DNA of 64,000 nucleotides, from positions 151,419-215,418 of IMG/VR virus record IMGVR_UViG_3300048927_000250. The stretch is one strand, 5' to 3'. The notes under the pieces were generated by a model. It saw only the letters and a program-made list of their open reading frames with translations. It ran no database searches and was not told the DNA's origin. Position 1 is the first letter of the stretch, and each line of letters starts with the position of its first letter. The translations under genes and the position numbers were made by a program. This document shows, piece after piece, positions 28,407-36,784 of this stretch.

Positions 28407-28862
28407 TTAGTACTCCTCACTGTCGGCGACGTAGAACCACTCGGCTGTCGGTTCCGGGTCTTCCAGGCAGTATGGGCTGATAATGTTTAGAGGTATTAAC
28501 AGTCGGTCAAATGAACGCCACAGTCGTTCGTAACCATGACGTTCAGCACCTCGGCCAGTAAAGCTGTTGGCAAAGGCCTGGAACTCTTGCCACTGTCGTT
28601 CAGGTAAGTCGTTATCGTCACTTTCATGCGAGTCGATAAACAGCTCGTAGAAGTTGGTTTCCCACGCCATTATAAACTGCTCTTCCATTCGTTTGTCCCA
28701 ACGAATTTCCAATGCGTTACGGCGGTAGAATCCTTGCATAGTTACCCAGGTTTCCAGCAAGGACTGATAGACCCATTGAAGGTCGAGGTTAATTGGAGTT
28801 CGGTCTAACGCATTCTGAAGGAAGCGTGGGACATCGAACCTATGTCCAGTAATCACGTACAT
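28407..28862 (-). CDS. Small array protein 8
   Basis: 151 aa, GGAGG SD. Confidence 0.7.
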   Translation of the reverse strand: MYVITGHRFDVPRFLQNALDRTPINLDLQWVYQSLLETWVTMQGFYRRNALEIRWDKRMEEQFIMAWETNFYELFIDSHESDDNDLPERQWQEFQAFANSFTGRGAERHGYERLWRSFDRLLIPLNIISPYCLEDPEPTAEWFYVADSEEY

Positions 28863-29154
28863 CTACCTCCGTCATGCTCAAGAACCCACAGCTCAACTTC
28901 GGGTCCTTCACTGCGTGGACATACGACGGCAAATGCATGGCGCGTTTACCGTAAATGTTGCGCACTTTCTCGGCCACGAATAACTCCCCGCCGCCGATGG
29001 CTCGATGGTCGAAGCCGTCCACAATCAGGTCGTTGTCCTTAACCAAGATGTACAGCAGGATATCCAGCAGGTTATAATTTTCCCCGTCAATGAGTTCGTA
29101 GCATACCTCTTCTATAAAACTGAGTCGCCCGTGACACTCAACGGTGAATCTCAT
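28840..29154 (-). CDS. Small array protein 9 (first gene of the operon)
   Basis: 104 aa, GAGG SD. Confidence 0.65.
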   Translation of the reverse strand: MRFTVECHGRLSFIEEVCYELIDGENYNLLDILLYILVKDNDLIVDGFDHRAIGGGELFVAEKVRNIYGKRAMHLPSYVHAVKDPKLSCGFLSMTEVDVRDYWT

Positions 29155-29296
29155 GTAACGCCTCTCGGTTCGCCATAATCATCTCCACAACCCTCGCTGA
29201 GCGCTTTAAACTATCCGCCCTATACAAGGTTCCACATAACAGAGAAAACCGCGTAGAATTTAATACAGGCGGTTTCCTGAATTTGTATTCATCTGG

Positions 29297-29304
29297 ATAA
29301 TATA
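29297..29304 (-). promoter_or_regulatory. Early-type promoter variant TATATTAT driving the small-gene array
   Basis: One mismatch to consensus, intergenic, about 140 nt upstream of the first array gene. Confidence 0.5.
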
Positions 29305-29327
29305 TCCTTTAAACTCTGTTAGTTAGG

Positions 29328-29605
29328 AAAGAAAATAAAAGAAGATATTCTGGTTACCTCACCGCTCGCGCTCGTAAGCCGATTGTGTGGGTAACCAGGT
29401 ATCTTGTCGTGCTTGTGGTCCCGTCCAGAGTCAGTCGCTGCAATAGCGCTTCGTCATCGCGGTTAACGCGAGTTCCCCGCTGGGAACTTAATGGCCGCAA
29501 TTAAGCAGCTTGGGTTTTTTGGGGTACCTCTGCACGCAGGTGTTGACCAGACACCCCGCAGCTATTCCATCCAGAGAACAACTACGTTAGCTTGCATATT
29601 TGTAC
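29328..29605 (-). ncRNA. Candidate structured non-coding RNA (or structured phuZ 3' extension)
   Basis: No long ORF; at least five hairpins; ends in a long stem plus U-tract; TATG motifs at the 5' end. Confidence 0.4.
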
Positions 29606-29635
29606 ATATAATAGACTAAACCGCTAACGGTTCTC

Positions 29636-30604
29636 TTACGAAGAGAATTTAAAGCCGTCGTCGTTCAGACCAGCGGTATCCAGCACGTCAACGCTCTCAC
29701 GTTGTTTACGGGCACGGGCCAGCGCTTCGAAGTTGTCCACGGTCTTTTGCAGGCCTGCAATCACACCCGCCAGGTCCTGGGTATAGATGATGAAGTGCAG
29801 GTCGTTCTTTTCAGCTACGCGGCGATACCCTTCACAACCGTATTCAGACGGCAGAGATGGGTTGGCACCGTCCACTGAACCGTGCAGGCTGGCAACCGCC
29901 AGTGGGTATGGCAGCGACTTCGCATGGCTGTAGTCTGGGGTGATGTCCAGTAGCGCAACGCCTGGGCCGTTTTTCACGTTGAAGAAACGGTGTACGTCAG
30001 AGCTGTCGAGACGGTCGTGTTCGCCAGAGTACAGGTCAAGGATAGACAGCAAGCCCAGAACCATCTGTGCATCAACGTCGTTGTCCTGTGCCACAGAACC
30101 GTTATCTTCGTAGAAGACGACCGCAGTGGATTCGTTCTTCTTCGCGATACCGTTCAGGGTCTGCCAGGTATCCATGGTGTTTTTGGTGGTCTGGGAGTTT
30201 TCCGCAGAACCTACCACAAAGAACACGGTTGGTTTTTTCTGGCGCAGCAGTTCTTCAGCCAGTTTCGGTCCAATAACAGAACCGGAACCGCCACCGCCTG
30301 AGAACACCAGAATGTTCAGGTCACCGGCAGGGTGGCTGACCAGCACGTCTGGGATGGCGCGGGCGATGGGGTGATAGTTGGTACTGCGCTCTTTGCCAGA
30401 ACCGTCGGTTGCACCCGGGATGATATAACAGTCTTCATCACGGAAGTTGGAACCGCCGATGGCGCTAAAGTTTGAACGAGAGGTATCGACGAAGTGGGCT
30501 TTCACTTCGGCCAGACCCGCGAGGTTTTTCTTCATCAGCAGGCTGACAATGTTGATACCAGTGCCGCCACAGCCATAGATGGAAACGGTGTTACGTGAGC
30601 TCAT
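29636..30604 (-). CDS. phuZ: Tubulin-like spindle protein PhuZ
   Basis: GCGGTGIN and SGGGGSGS tubulin/FtsZ signature motifs; 322 aa. Confidence 0.95.
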   Translation of the reverse strand: MSSRNTVSIYGCGGTGINIVSLLMKKNLAGLAEVKAHFVDTSRSNFSAIGGSNFRDEDCYIIPGATDGSGKERSTNYHPIARAIPDVLVSHPAGDLNILVFSGGGGSGSVIGPKLAEELLRQKKPTVFFVVGSAENSQTTKNTMDTWQTLNGIAKKNESTAVVFYEDNGSVAQDNDVDAQMVLGLLSILDLYSGEHDRLDSSDVHRFFNVKNGPGVALLDITPDYSHAKSLPYPLAVASLHGSVDGANPSLPSEYGCEGYRRVAEKNDLHFIIYTQDLAGVIAGLQKTVDNFEALARARKQRESVDVLDTAGLNDDGFKFSS

Positions 30605-30706
30605 TGTTTTGGGTCCTTAACACAAAGGTTATTCAAAAAGGTTACCAACGTTATACTTCTACACAGTTACTGTGACATACGTACATTTTGAAACGGAGCG
30701 AGCCCA

Positions 30707-31537
30707 ATGAGCGTCATCACGAAACTCATCGCTGATGTCAAAGCGGAAATCCCCCGTCAAGTCCTGGAAATTGCTTTCCTGGGTGACATGGGCCGGGAGA
30801 ACCGTTTTGCCAGCAACCTCGACTTTCAGATTCGCCAGAAGGTCATTGACGCCCGTGTCTGGGTGGACTTAAGCCTTCAAGGTGCTGAAGAAGTCAACAT
30901 CCCTCTGGCGCGTTGCGAAGTTGAGCAAGACGACCAGTACAAGACCATCATACGCATCCCAAAAGAATTGACGGGCGGGCGTATCATCACGCAGGTATTA
31001 GCGTTCAACTATACCATCAACGGCGTGACCGGTATGACCAACAACGGGTATAACAACAACTCGTTTAACATGTCCAACGAAGGAAACTCCCCGCAAATGA
31101 ACTCCGCGGCAAAGATTCTTCGTTCGGCATCCCCGGCACCTATCCTGGGGTCAGCGGCTACCCGTATCGTCGGGGAGAACGTAATTCTCCTGAACGATTA
31201 CATGGGGTCGGTGAAGCAGGGTAATATGACCGTGCGTGTGGGACATGACCCGGAACTGAATACCTTCAAACCAACCAGTGTAAAACAGCTGTCGAAGTTT
31301 GTCGTGTACGCAGTGAAGGCGTATATCTACACCAACAGTGTGATTACGCTGGATATGGGTCATCTGTACGGTGGTAGTGAAATCGGCCGTATCCGTGATA
31401 TCATTGACGGGTATGCGGATTGTAATGAACTGTACAACACCTACTACGATGAAGAAATGATTGCGGTCAACTTCATGAACGATGACACGCGTCACGGGAA
31501 CTTCCTGCGCACCCTCATTGGCGGTGCTGCGTCGTAA
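30707..31537 (+). CDS. Conserved protein, probably virion-associated
   Basis: 276 aa, divergent from phuZ, own terminator; function inferred from position only. Confidence 0.7.
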   Translation: MSVITKLIADVKAEIPRQVLEIAFLGDMGRENRFASNLDFQIRQKVIDARVWVDLSLQGAEEVNIPLARCEVEQDDQYKTIIRIPKELTGGRIITQVLAFNYTINGVTGMTNNGYNNNSFNMSNEGNSPQMNSAAKILRSASPAPILGSAATRIVGENVILLNDYMGSVKQGNMTVRVGHDPELNTFKPTSVKQLSKFVVYAVKAYIYTNSVITLDMGHLYGGSEIGRIRDIIDGYADCNELYNTYYDEEMIAVNFMNDDTRHGNFLRTLIGGAAS

Positions 31538-31576
31538 AGAAAAAAAAAGAAGGGGCGCAATGCCCCTTCTTTTTTG
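31537..31576. terminator. Bidirectional intrinsic terminator
   Basis: AGAAGGGGC...GCCCCTTCT with long A- and T-tracts. Confidence 0.85.
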
Positions 31577-31583
31577 CTGTTTG

Positions 31584-31970
31584 CTACGAAATCCAAGACA
31601 GCGCGATAACCTGTCGCTCAAAGTCTGTTTCCGCCAGGATTTTCTCGACGTCCTCTAACCATTTCAGATAATGTCTCTTGTCAGGGTCATCATCGTCAAG
31701 GGTTGTGATGGCGGTTTGTGCAATACGACGACTTTCCTCCAGCATCTCTTTAGTGAGCCGGTGGTAAGTACACTGGTCCATTCCGTTACAGAGTCCCACC
31801 AGAGTATCGCGAATCACGTAATGTTTGCGATAATAGAACAACTGGTCTTCTTTCCCTGACCCCGTATGGTAATCCACATGACCTTGACCGGGCTTATCGT
31901 CGTGATAGTGTCCTTCATATTCTTCGAAGAACTCCCGGTCGAAACGTTCGATGTCAATATCCAGTCCCAT
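31584..31970 (-). CDS. Conserved phage hypothetical protein
   Basis: MGLD... start and F/Y-Y-R-K motif typical of a widespread small phage family (recalled, unverified). Confidence 0.7.
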   Translation of the reverse strand: MGLDIDIERFDREFFEEYEGHYHDDKPGQGHVDYHTGSGKEDQLFYYRKHYVIRDTLVGLCNGMDQCTYHRLTKEMLEESRRIAQTAITTLDDDDPDKRHYLKWLEDVEKILAETDFERQVIALSWIS

Positions 31971-32362
31971 TACTGCTCCTTACCAATCAAATTTCTGAAA
32001 CTATTTACCGATATCGACCTGAAAAACTTCTTCAGTGTCTTAAATACACTCGGCACCTTGTCTGCGTACAGGGTGACCTGCATGACATGAAAGTCGATAC
32101 CTTCAGATTCAAACTGAATAGAACGCCCTAATGGTGATAGCGGCTCGTCCGCCATAGCTTCCAGAACTGCCGCCATGTGCGCTTTGATATCTTTGATGCG
32201 CGGGTGAGTCTTGTGGATAATCGCGTAGGCGTCCTTTAATTTACGGGTGTCTTCCGGGAGAATATCACGGCCGGTCAACATGATGCAGACGGGAGAAAAC
32301 TGGACGCCATCCACTTTTAATGTCGTGGCGAGTTCGTCACCCACAAATACCTTCTTACTCAT
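31970..32362 (-). CDS. Hypothetical protein
   Basis: GAGG SD before ATG 32362. Confidence 0.65.
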   Translation of the reverse strand: MSKKVFVGDELATTLKVDGVQFSPVCIMLTGRDILPEDTRKLKDAYAIIHKTHPRIKDIKAHMAAVLEAMADEPLSPLGRSIQFESEGIDFHVMQVTLYADKVPSVFKTLKKFFRSISVNSFRNLIGKEQ

Positions 32363-32912
32363 TGTTAACCTCAAACTTTTTAGTGATGTACAACTTCATG
32401 CGTTGAATAACCGCGTCGACGTACTCACGATGGATACTGGCGTCTTCCAGTCCGGCGCGGACGGAGACGACGATGTTATTGATGAGCCAACCGTTTTCTA
32501 ACGCGGTGTCGACGAACTCTACCCAGTTAACGCGACTGTTGCGCTCCAGGATAATTTGCCCGAAGATGACGTCGAACGGCAACCCGTGCGTAGCCTTCAT
32601 TTCGAAAACCAGTTTTCCAGACACCATGGGGTGTTGCTTTTCGAATGCCAGGTGTTTACGGAGAGCCAGTTGGTAGTGCATCTCCTTGTCCAGCTTCTTA
32701 TCGGGGTACAGACGCGCCCAGTCCTTCGTTACGGCGTCGAACGCCACCTGGGGTACCAATGGTCCATTAGAGGAGCGCGGTTGCTTGAGTAGCGCTTCAT
32801 TGATTGGATTAGGGGTACTGGTCTGGCGGCGAGCATCGCTGGTGAGGGGTGGTGCCCACTCGGTGTAGCTGGCTACTGTGCGCTGAAAGCCTTTCGGTTT
32901 ATTCTTCTTCAT
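32355..32912 (-). CDS. Hypothetical protein with an alanyl-tRNA-synthetase-like helical motif
   Basis: SGKLVFEMKATHGLPFDVI resembles AlaRS G..AFKLYDTYGFPLDL. Confidence 0.6.
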   Translation of the reverse strand: MKKNKPKGFQRTVASYTEWAPPLTSDARRQTSTPNPINEALLKQPRSSNGPLVPQVAFDAVTKDWARLYPDKKLDKEMHYQLALRKHLAFEKQHPMVSGKLVFEMKATHGLPFDVIFGQIILERNSRVNWVEFVDTALENGWLINNIVVSVRAGLEDASIHREYVDAVIQRMKLYITKKFEVNNE

Positions 32913-33243
32913 TACCCATCACCTCCGGTTCTACTCCTTCCGGTAAATCGCACGGCTCTAAGTCAGCCGGGTTAATACCGAAGACCCGCTTGTCGAAATC
33001 GAAAGGACGGACATCTAAGTTATACTTCCTGAGGATGGTCACCGTGATGGTCCCGTCTTCCGACAGCGAGTGCAACATCACGCGTTGACCGGTCGTCTTC
33101 AGGCGGTACAATTCATCGCCGACCAGGTTATATTTCTCCGCGATGTCCTGAATAACTTGTGGTCGACCGGTAATCCATTCGTACCAACCCTTCTTCTGTT
33201 CTTCTTCCCAAATTAGCCACTTCGCCATTTTACTTACTCCCAA
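32899..33243 (-). CDS. Hypothetical protein (small beta-barrel-like)
   Basis: 114 aa ORF in the operon. Confidence 0.65.
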   Translation of the reverse strand: MGVSKMAKWLIWEEEQKKGWYEWITGRPQVIQDIAEKYNLVGDELYRLKTTGQRVMLHSLSEDGTITVTILRKYNLDVRPFDFDKRVFGINPADLEPCDLPEGVEPEVMGNEEE

Positions 33244-33275
33244 AATAAAAAATAGAGAAGGGACCGAAGTCCCTT
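33244..33275 (-). terminator. Intrinsic terminator with C(UUCG)G loop
   Basis: AAGGGAC-TTCG-GTCCCTT plus U-rich tail on the minus strand. Confidence 0.75.
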
Positions 33276-33283
33276 GCTCGAGG

Positions 33284-33640
33284 TTAGTGCGTGACGCGAG
33301 AGATTGTTAACCCGCCACGTTTGGATTTCGTCAGGTCGTAGTTCACCTGGGTGTACTTTTCCATCCCGGTAGCTTTAACCTGGGTCTTACCTTTCTTAGA
33401 CTCCATGGTGACACTGAAGTCGAGGTGCATGGTTTCCGCCACGTTCATCAGGTAGTTCAGCGAGAACGTGTGGTAGCGCCCATTACGGATAGCGCAGATA
33501 GCGTAATACTGGATACCGAGAGATGCGGCGATATCACGCATGGTAGCCTCTTGCGCTAACTTGTCGAGCAAGTAGCTGAGACGAACACCGAAAAAGTTAC
33601 GGGCTTCTACAAGAGCTTGATTCTTAATACGTTTTGACAT
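33284..33640 (-). CDS. XRE-family HTH protein (HigA2/HTH_37-like)
   Basis: DIAASLGI..YAICAIRNGRYHTFSLNYLMNVAETMHLDFSV fits the G...FSL..L pattern of this HTH subfamily. Confidence 0.7.
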   Translation of the reverse strand: MSKRIKNQALVEARNFFGVRLSYLLDKLAQEATMRDIAASLGIQYYAICAIRNGRYHTFSLNYLMNVAETMHLDFSVTMESKKGKTQVKATGMEKYTQVNYDLTKSKRGGLTISRVTH

Positions 33641-33652
33641 TAGTTCGGTCCT

Positions 33653-34141
33653 TTAAATAAGAGGTTGAACGAGGGTAGCGTTATAGCCTTTCTCAGTAGG
33701 AAGGCGATTTTGGTCATCTGCCAGAATCAACTGGACGAGTCCGTGAGTCGGCAGACAAACTTTCTGGTTGACGGCAAAGTAGGCTTTCTCTTTGATGCTC
33801 TCTGGCGTCAAGGTGCGTAACATGCAGCGGCGAAGGCTACTGCGGTTATGGTTGTCGCTACGGCTGTCCACCACCTTGAACGTGAACGGAACGTCCAGCT
33901 CGAAGGGTGCGCCATTTACCAGTGCATCAATGAAGTCTTTCAGATAACGACTGGACTGCGATAATGCGCTGGCTCCCGTAAGGACAACTTCGGGGAGTTT
34001 GAGGGTGGTGAGGCCCACGGTGTAGATAAAGTTGTTCGCGCCGTTCTTTGGGTCACGGACTTCAATCGGAACCCAGCCTCTTTCTGCGACGGCACTGCGA
34101 ACGTTAGAATAGAGCTGGTCCAGTTCCTTGCGTGTACTCAT
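33653..34141 (-). CDS. DUF4262-like protein
   Basis: FIYTVGLTTLKLPEVVLTG and C-terminal QLILADDQNRLP motifs. Confidence 0.7.
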   Translation of the reverse strand: MSTRKELDQLYSNVRSAVAERGWVPIEVRDPKNGANNFIYTVGLTTLKLPEVVLTGASALSQSSRYLKDFIDALVNGAPFELDVPFTFKVVDSRSDNHNRSSLRRCMLRTLTPESIKEKAYFAVNQKVCLPTHGLVQLILADDQNRLPTEKGYNATLVQPLI

Positions 34142-34176
34142 GAAAACCTCAGTAGGGAGGGAAACCCCTCCCGACG

Positions 34177-34644
34177 TTATGCCGCGATGTTGCGGAAGAT
34201 AGATTGCGCAAACCCAAACACGCGTTCCGGGTCAGTCCCGGTGGCGTTGTGTTCTTGCAGCGCCTGGCGGAAGTAGTCGCTCAGCTTACCGCTGCGACTG
34301 ATGATGGGACGGTCGGAGAAGGCAAGCCATTCTTCGTCGTCAATGGAAACAACGGTTGGGGAACCCCAGACGATGGCGTCAAAGGTCAGACCATAGTTGT
34401 TCTTCAGGTCATCACGGATGACTTCAGCGTAATGGCTGATGCGATGAATTTTACCTGGGCTGTTACGGGTTAATTGAAAAACCTCCAGACCGGCGTCGGT
34501 GAGGACAACCGCGGAGTAAGGCATGTGGCGAGCGTTGTGACTCATGCGAAGGAGAACACTGCGTTTCTCATCAGTACCAATGACGGAGATTTCGCGCAGC
34601 TTCCCTTCTGATAGGCGAATAGTGACTGTCATTAACGAGGACAT
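34177..34644 (-). CDS. Hypothetical protein
   Basis: 155 aa ORF in the operon. Confidence 0.65.
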   Translation of the reverse strand: MSSLMTVTIRLSEGKLREISVIGTDEKRSVLLRMSHNARHMPYSAVVLTDAGLEVFQLTRNSPGKIHRISHYAEVIRDDLKNNYGLTFDAIVWGSPTVVSIDDEEWLAFSDRPIISRSGKLSDYFRQALQEHNATGTDPERVFGFAQSIFRNIAA

Positions 34645-35090
34645 GGTTTCTTACCCTTACAGTTTGGTTGGCAGTATTTACCAAACCCTGTTATGGTTGT
34701 TAAGTTAACAGGGAAATCAGAGATAACAGGGTTAACCCGACCGCAACCTTGACATTTAGCCAGCCGAATATTGTCGGGGACAAAGACCATCAGTGGATTA
34801 CTTTTAAATTCTTCACGGATGAGGCGGTCGTTGGTTATGGCGGTGGTTTCCCTACAGGTGGTGCAGTACTTGTAAATTTTGTCGCGGAACGTGAACTCCG
34901 CAATGTCGAGCTGTTCTTTACAGCACGGACATTCTTTCTCGGTGAGGACCTCCTTCACTTTGGTGACCCGAGGTTTCTTAACGTCCTTGTTGGCAGTACC
35001 GGCTTTGATAGGGGTACTGTGAAAGAACTGGTTCGGGTCGTACTGGTTGCCGTTACGGTCTAACATTTGATATTCCTTATTAGCGGTCAA
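34632..35090 (-). CDS. Cys-rich protein with two zinc-finger-like units
   Basis: CPCC...F...CTTC and CQGC...F...CQPNC. Confidence 0.7.
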   Translation of the reverse strand: MTANKEYQMLDRNGNQYDPNQFFHSTPIKAGTANKDVKKPRVTKVKEVLTEKECPCCKEQLDIAEFTFRDKIYKYCTTCRETTAITNDRLIREEFKSNPLMVFVPDNIRLAKCQGCGRVNPVISDFPVNLTTITGFGKYCQPNCKGKKPCPR

Positions 35091-35114
35091 TGCCGCGATG
35101 GTAAATGGTGTTGG

Positions 35115-35507
35115 TTACAGCTTGATAACTTTGTCAACGAGCATGTAGGATGGTTCGTCGTCAAAATACCCTTCGCTACTTGCAATGCGGTAGTGTTTCC
35201 GTGCTTCACGTGACGTGGCCACTTGACCGGTTTTGCGATGGAACTCCTGCTGACGTTGTATGTTTGCCAGATAGTCGACTTGGTGTTTGTCGAGTGCCTG
35301 AATGGTTTCTTCTACATCGGAGACCGGGAGACTAAAAGCGTGTGCAATCATCTCATCGGTGAAGTTGTTCTCACGCATCTGGTGAAAGCTTTCGTACGGG
35401 GCGTATTGTAAACCAGCAACCGCCCGACTACGTTCTGAGTCGATACGGTCCGACTCCATCAGAATGTCCAAACACTCACGACGTTCGCTTTCGAATTGTT
35501 CGCTCAT
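35115..35507 (-). CDS. Hypothetical HTH-containing protein (paralogue A)
   Basis: Aligns by eye with 35504-35965. Confidence 0.7.
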   Translation of the reverse strand: MSEQFESERRECLDILMESDRIDSERSRAVAGLQYAPYESFHQMRENNFTDEMIAHAFSLPVSDVEETIQALDKHQVDYLANIQRQQEFHRKTGQVATSREARKHYRIASSEGYFDDEPSYMLVDKVIKL

Positions 35508-35965
35508 GGTAGTCTCCCGAAACCATAGTCACTTTGTGGAGGGAAGTCGGGGTACAAGCTGTACATCGACTCATCAAAAGGTTTGTCGCTAAGGACGTAA
35601 TCGCCCGCCCCGGCGTAAGAGTATTCGCGCTCAACCCGGTAGAAGTGTCGGGTGTTTTCGGAATGGACTGACTTACCGTGGGTCTGTTCGAACGCCGCTG
35701 ATTTCTCGTTCCACTCGCGCATTTCACCACGAAACTTCTTCATGGCAGCGAGAACATTCTCAATGTCATCGTGCGACATGGTGAATGCCTGAGAAACCAT
35801 CTCGACCGTCATGTAGTTATCGAGCATCTTCTGGATTTCGTAAATCGGGTCACCTTCATACGGTGCTACTGCATTCTGATACTCCCGGTCTATCTTTATC
35901 CATTCGTTTAATAGCTCAACATATTCCCGTCGGGTCATTTCCCAACGGCGCTGGAAGATATCCAT
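35504..35965 (-). CDS. Hypothetical HTH-containing protein (paralogue B)
   Basis: Aligns by eye with 35115-35507; GGAGG SD. Confidence 0.7.
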   Translation of the reverse strand: MDIFQRRWEMTRREYVELLNEWIKIDREYQNAVAPYEGDPIYEIQKMLDNYMTVEMVSQAFTMSHDDIENVLAAMKKFRGEMREWNEKSAAFEQTHGKSVHSENTRHFYRVEREYSYAGAGDYVLSDKPFDESMYSLYPDFPPQSDYGFGRLP

Positions 35966-35973
35966 GTTACCTC

Positions 35974-36576
35974 CTAGTGACAGTTAACGTGGTTGTACTC
36001 TTCGGCCATCAGCTGTTGAATACGTTTTTTGATGCCGTCGCTCTCAACGCCCGGTGGGTTGATGACATCGACAAACGTGATGCCGTGCTGACGCAAGAGT
36101 TCCATGATACCGGACAGCCCTTTCTCTTCCGCCCCTTCGATATCAATCTTCGCAAACGCTCCGCCGTAGATTTCACCCGGTGGAACATAGTGGTCAATTT
36201 CAATCTTCAGTTCGTTCATCGGAATGGAGTGGCGGAACTTGTGGTGGATGTTCCCGGCAAAGGCAAGGACCTGACGGAAGCCGTGTTCGTCAATCACCAC
36301 TTCGGTTTCGATACATTCGCTGTTGATGGAACCGGCAGTGCGAGGGAGACGGAACTTGGTGGCGGCCTCGTACAGTTCTTTATCGGTTTCCCCATGGTCA
36401 TCAAAGGTGACAGTACGGCGAACGCGGTTGGTAACACGCATTCCTTTATCGGTAGTCGAGTTTGTCTCGGCCTGAATCATGTACTGGGCATTACCGCGTT
36501 TACTGTTCAACATGGCTTTGGACCCGACACCCAACATGACAAACAAACATAACTCTGCTTCTTTGGCAGTACTCAT
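35974..36576 (-). CDS. Hypothetical protein
   Basis: 200 aa, first gene after a TATATTAC promoter. Confidence 0.7.
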   Translation of the reverse strand: MSTAKEAELCLFVMLGVGSKAMLNSKRGNAQYMIQAETNSTTDKGMRVTNRVRRTVTFDDHGETDKELYEAATKFRLPRTAGSINSECIETEVVIDEHGFRQVLAFAGNIHHKFRHSIPMNELKIEIDHYVPPGEIYGGAFAKIDIEGAEEKGLSGIMELLRQHGITFVDVINPPGVESDGIKKRIQQLMAEEYNHVNCH

Positions 36577-36609
36577 GACAAAATCCTTATTAAGGTTAAG
36601 TTCAAGTAA

Positions 36610-36617
36610 GTAATATA
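36610..36617 (-). promoter_or_regulatory. Early-type promoter motif TATATTAC
   Basis: Exact consensus, about 34 nt upstream of ATG 36576. Confidence 0.7.
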
Positions 36618-36784
36618 GACCTCAGTCCGAATGCAAAATAAAAGCATATTCGGGGAACAGACCCGGATATTATTCACGGGTCTATTCAAGGGGTGAATTG
36701 GTAAAGTTATCTTTTGGTCTGTTCGCTACTGCGGGTGCGAACAAGATGACTTTATTAATTTTTCCGACTTTATTGCCGAAAAGA

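Noticed and set aside
25568-29154. CRISPR-like or DNA-level repeat array
   Set aside because: No recurring nucleotide repeat is visible; the similarity is only in protein architecture.
29328-29605. tmRNA, tRNA, SRP or RNase P identity for the structured region
   Set aside because: No tRNA-like acceptor/T-arm with CCA, no tag-like ORF ending in ALAA, and none of the SRP or RNase P signatures were seen.
2015-35976. Genome-wide TAG reassignment to explain the amber in beta
   Set aside because: TAG ends several full-length genes (helicase, beta'-C, beta'-N, 35974-36576), some followed directly by the next SD or start, and no other gene appears fragmented.
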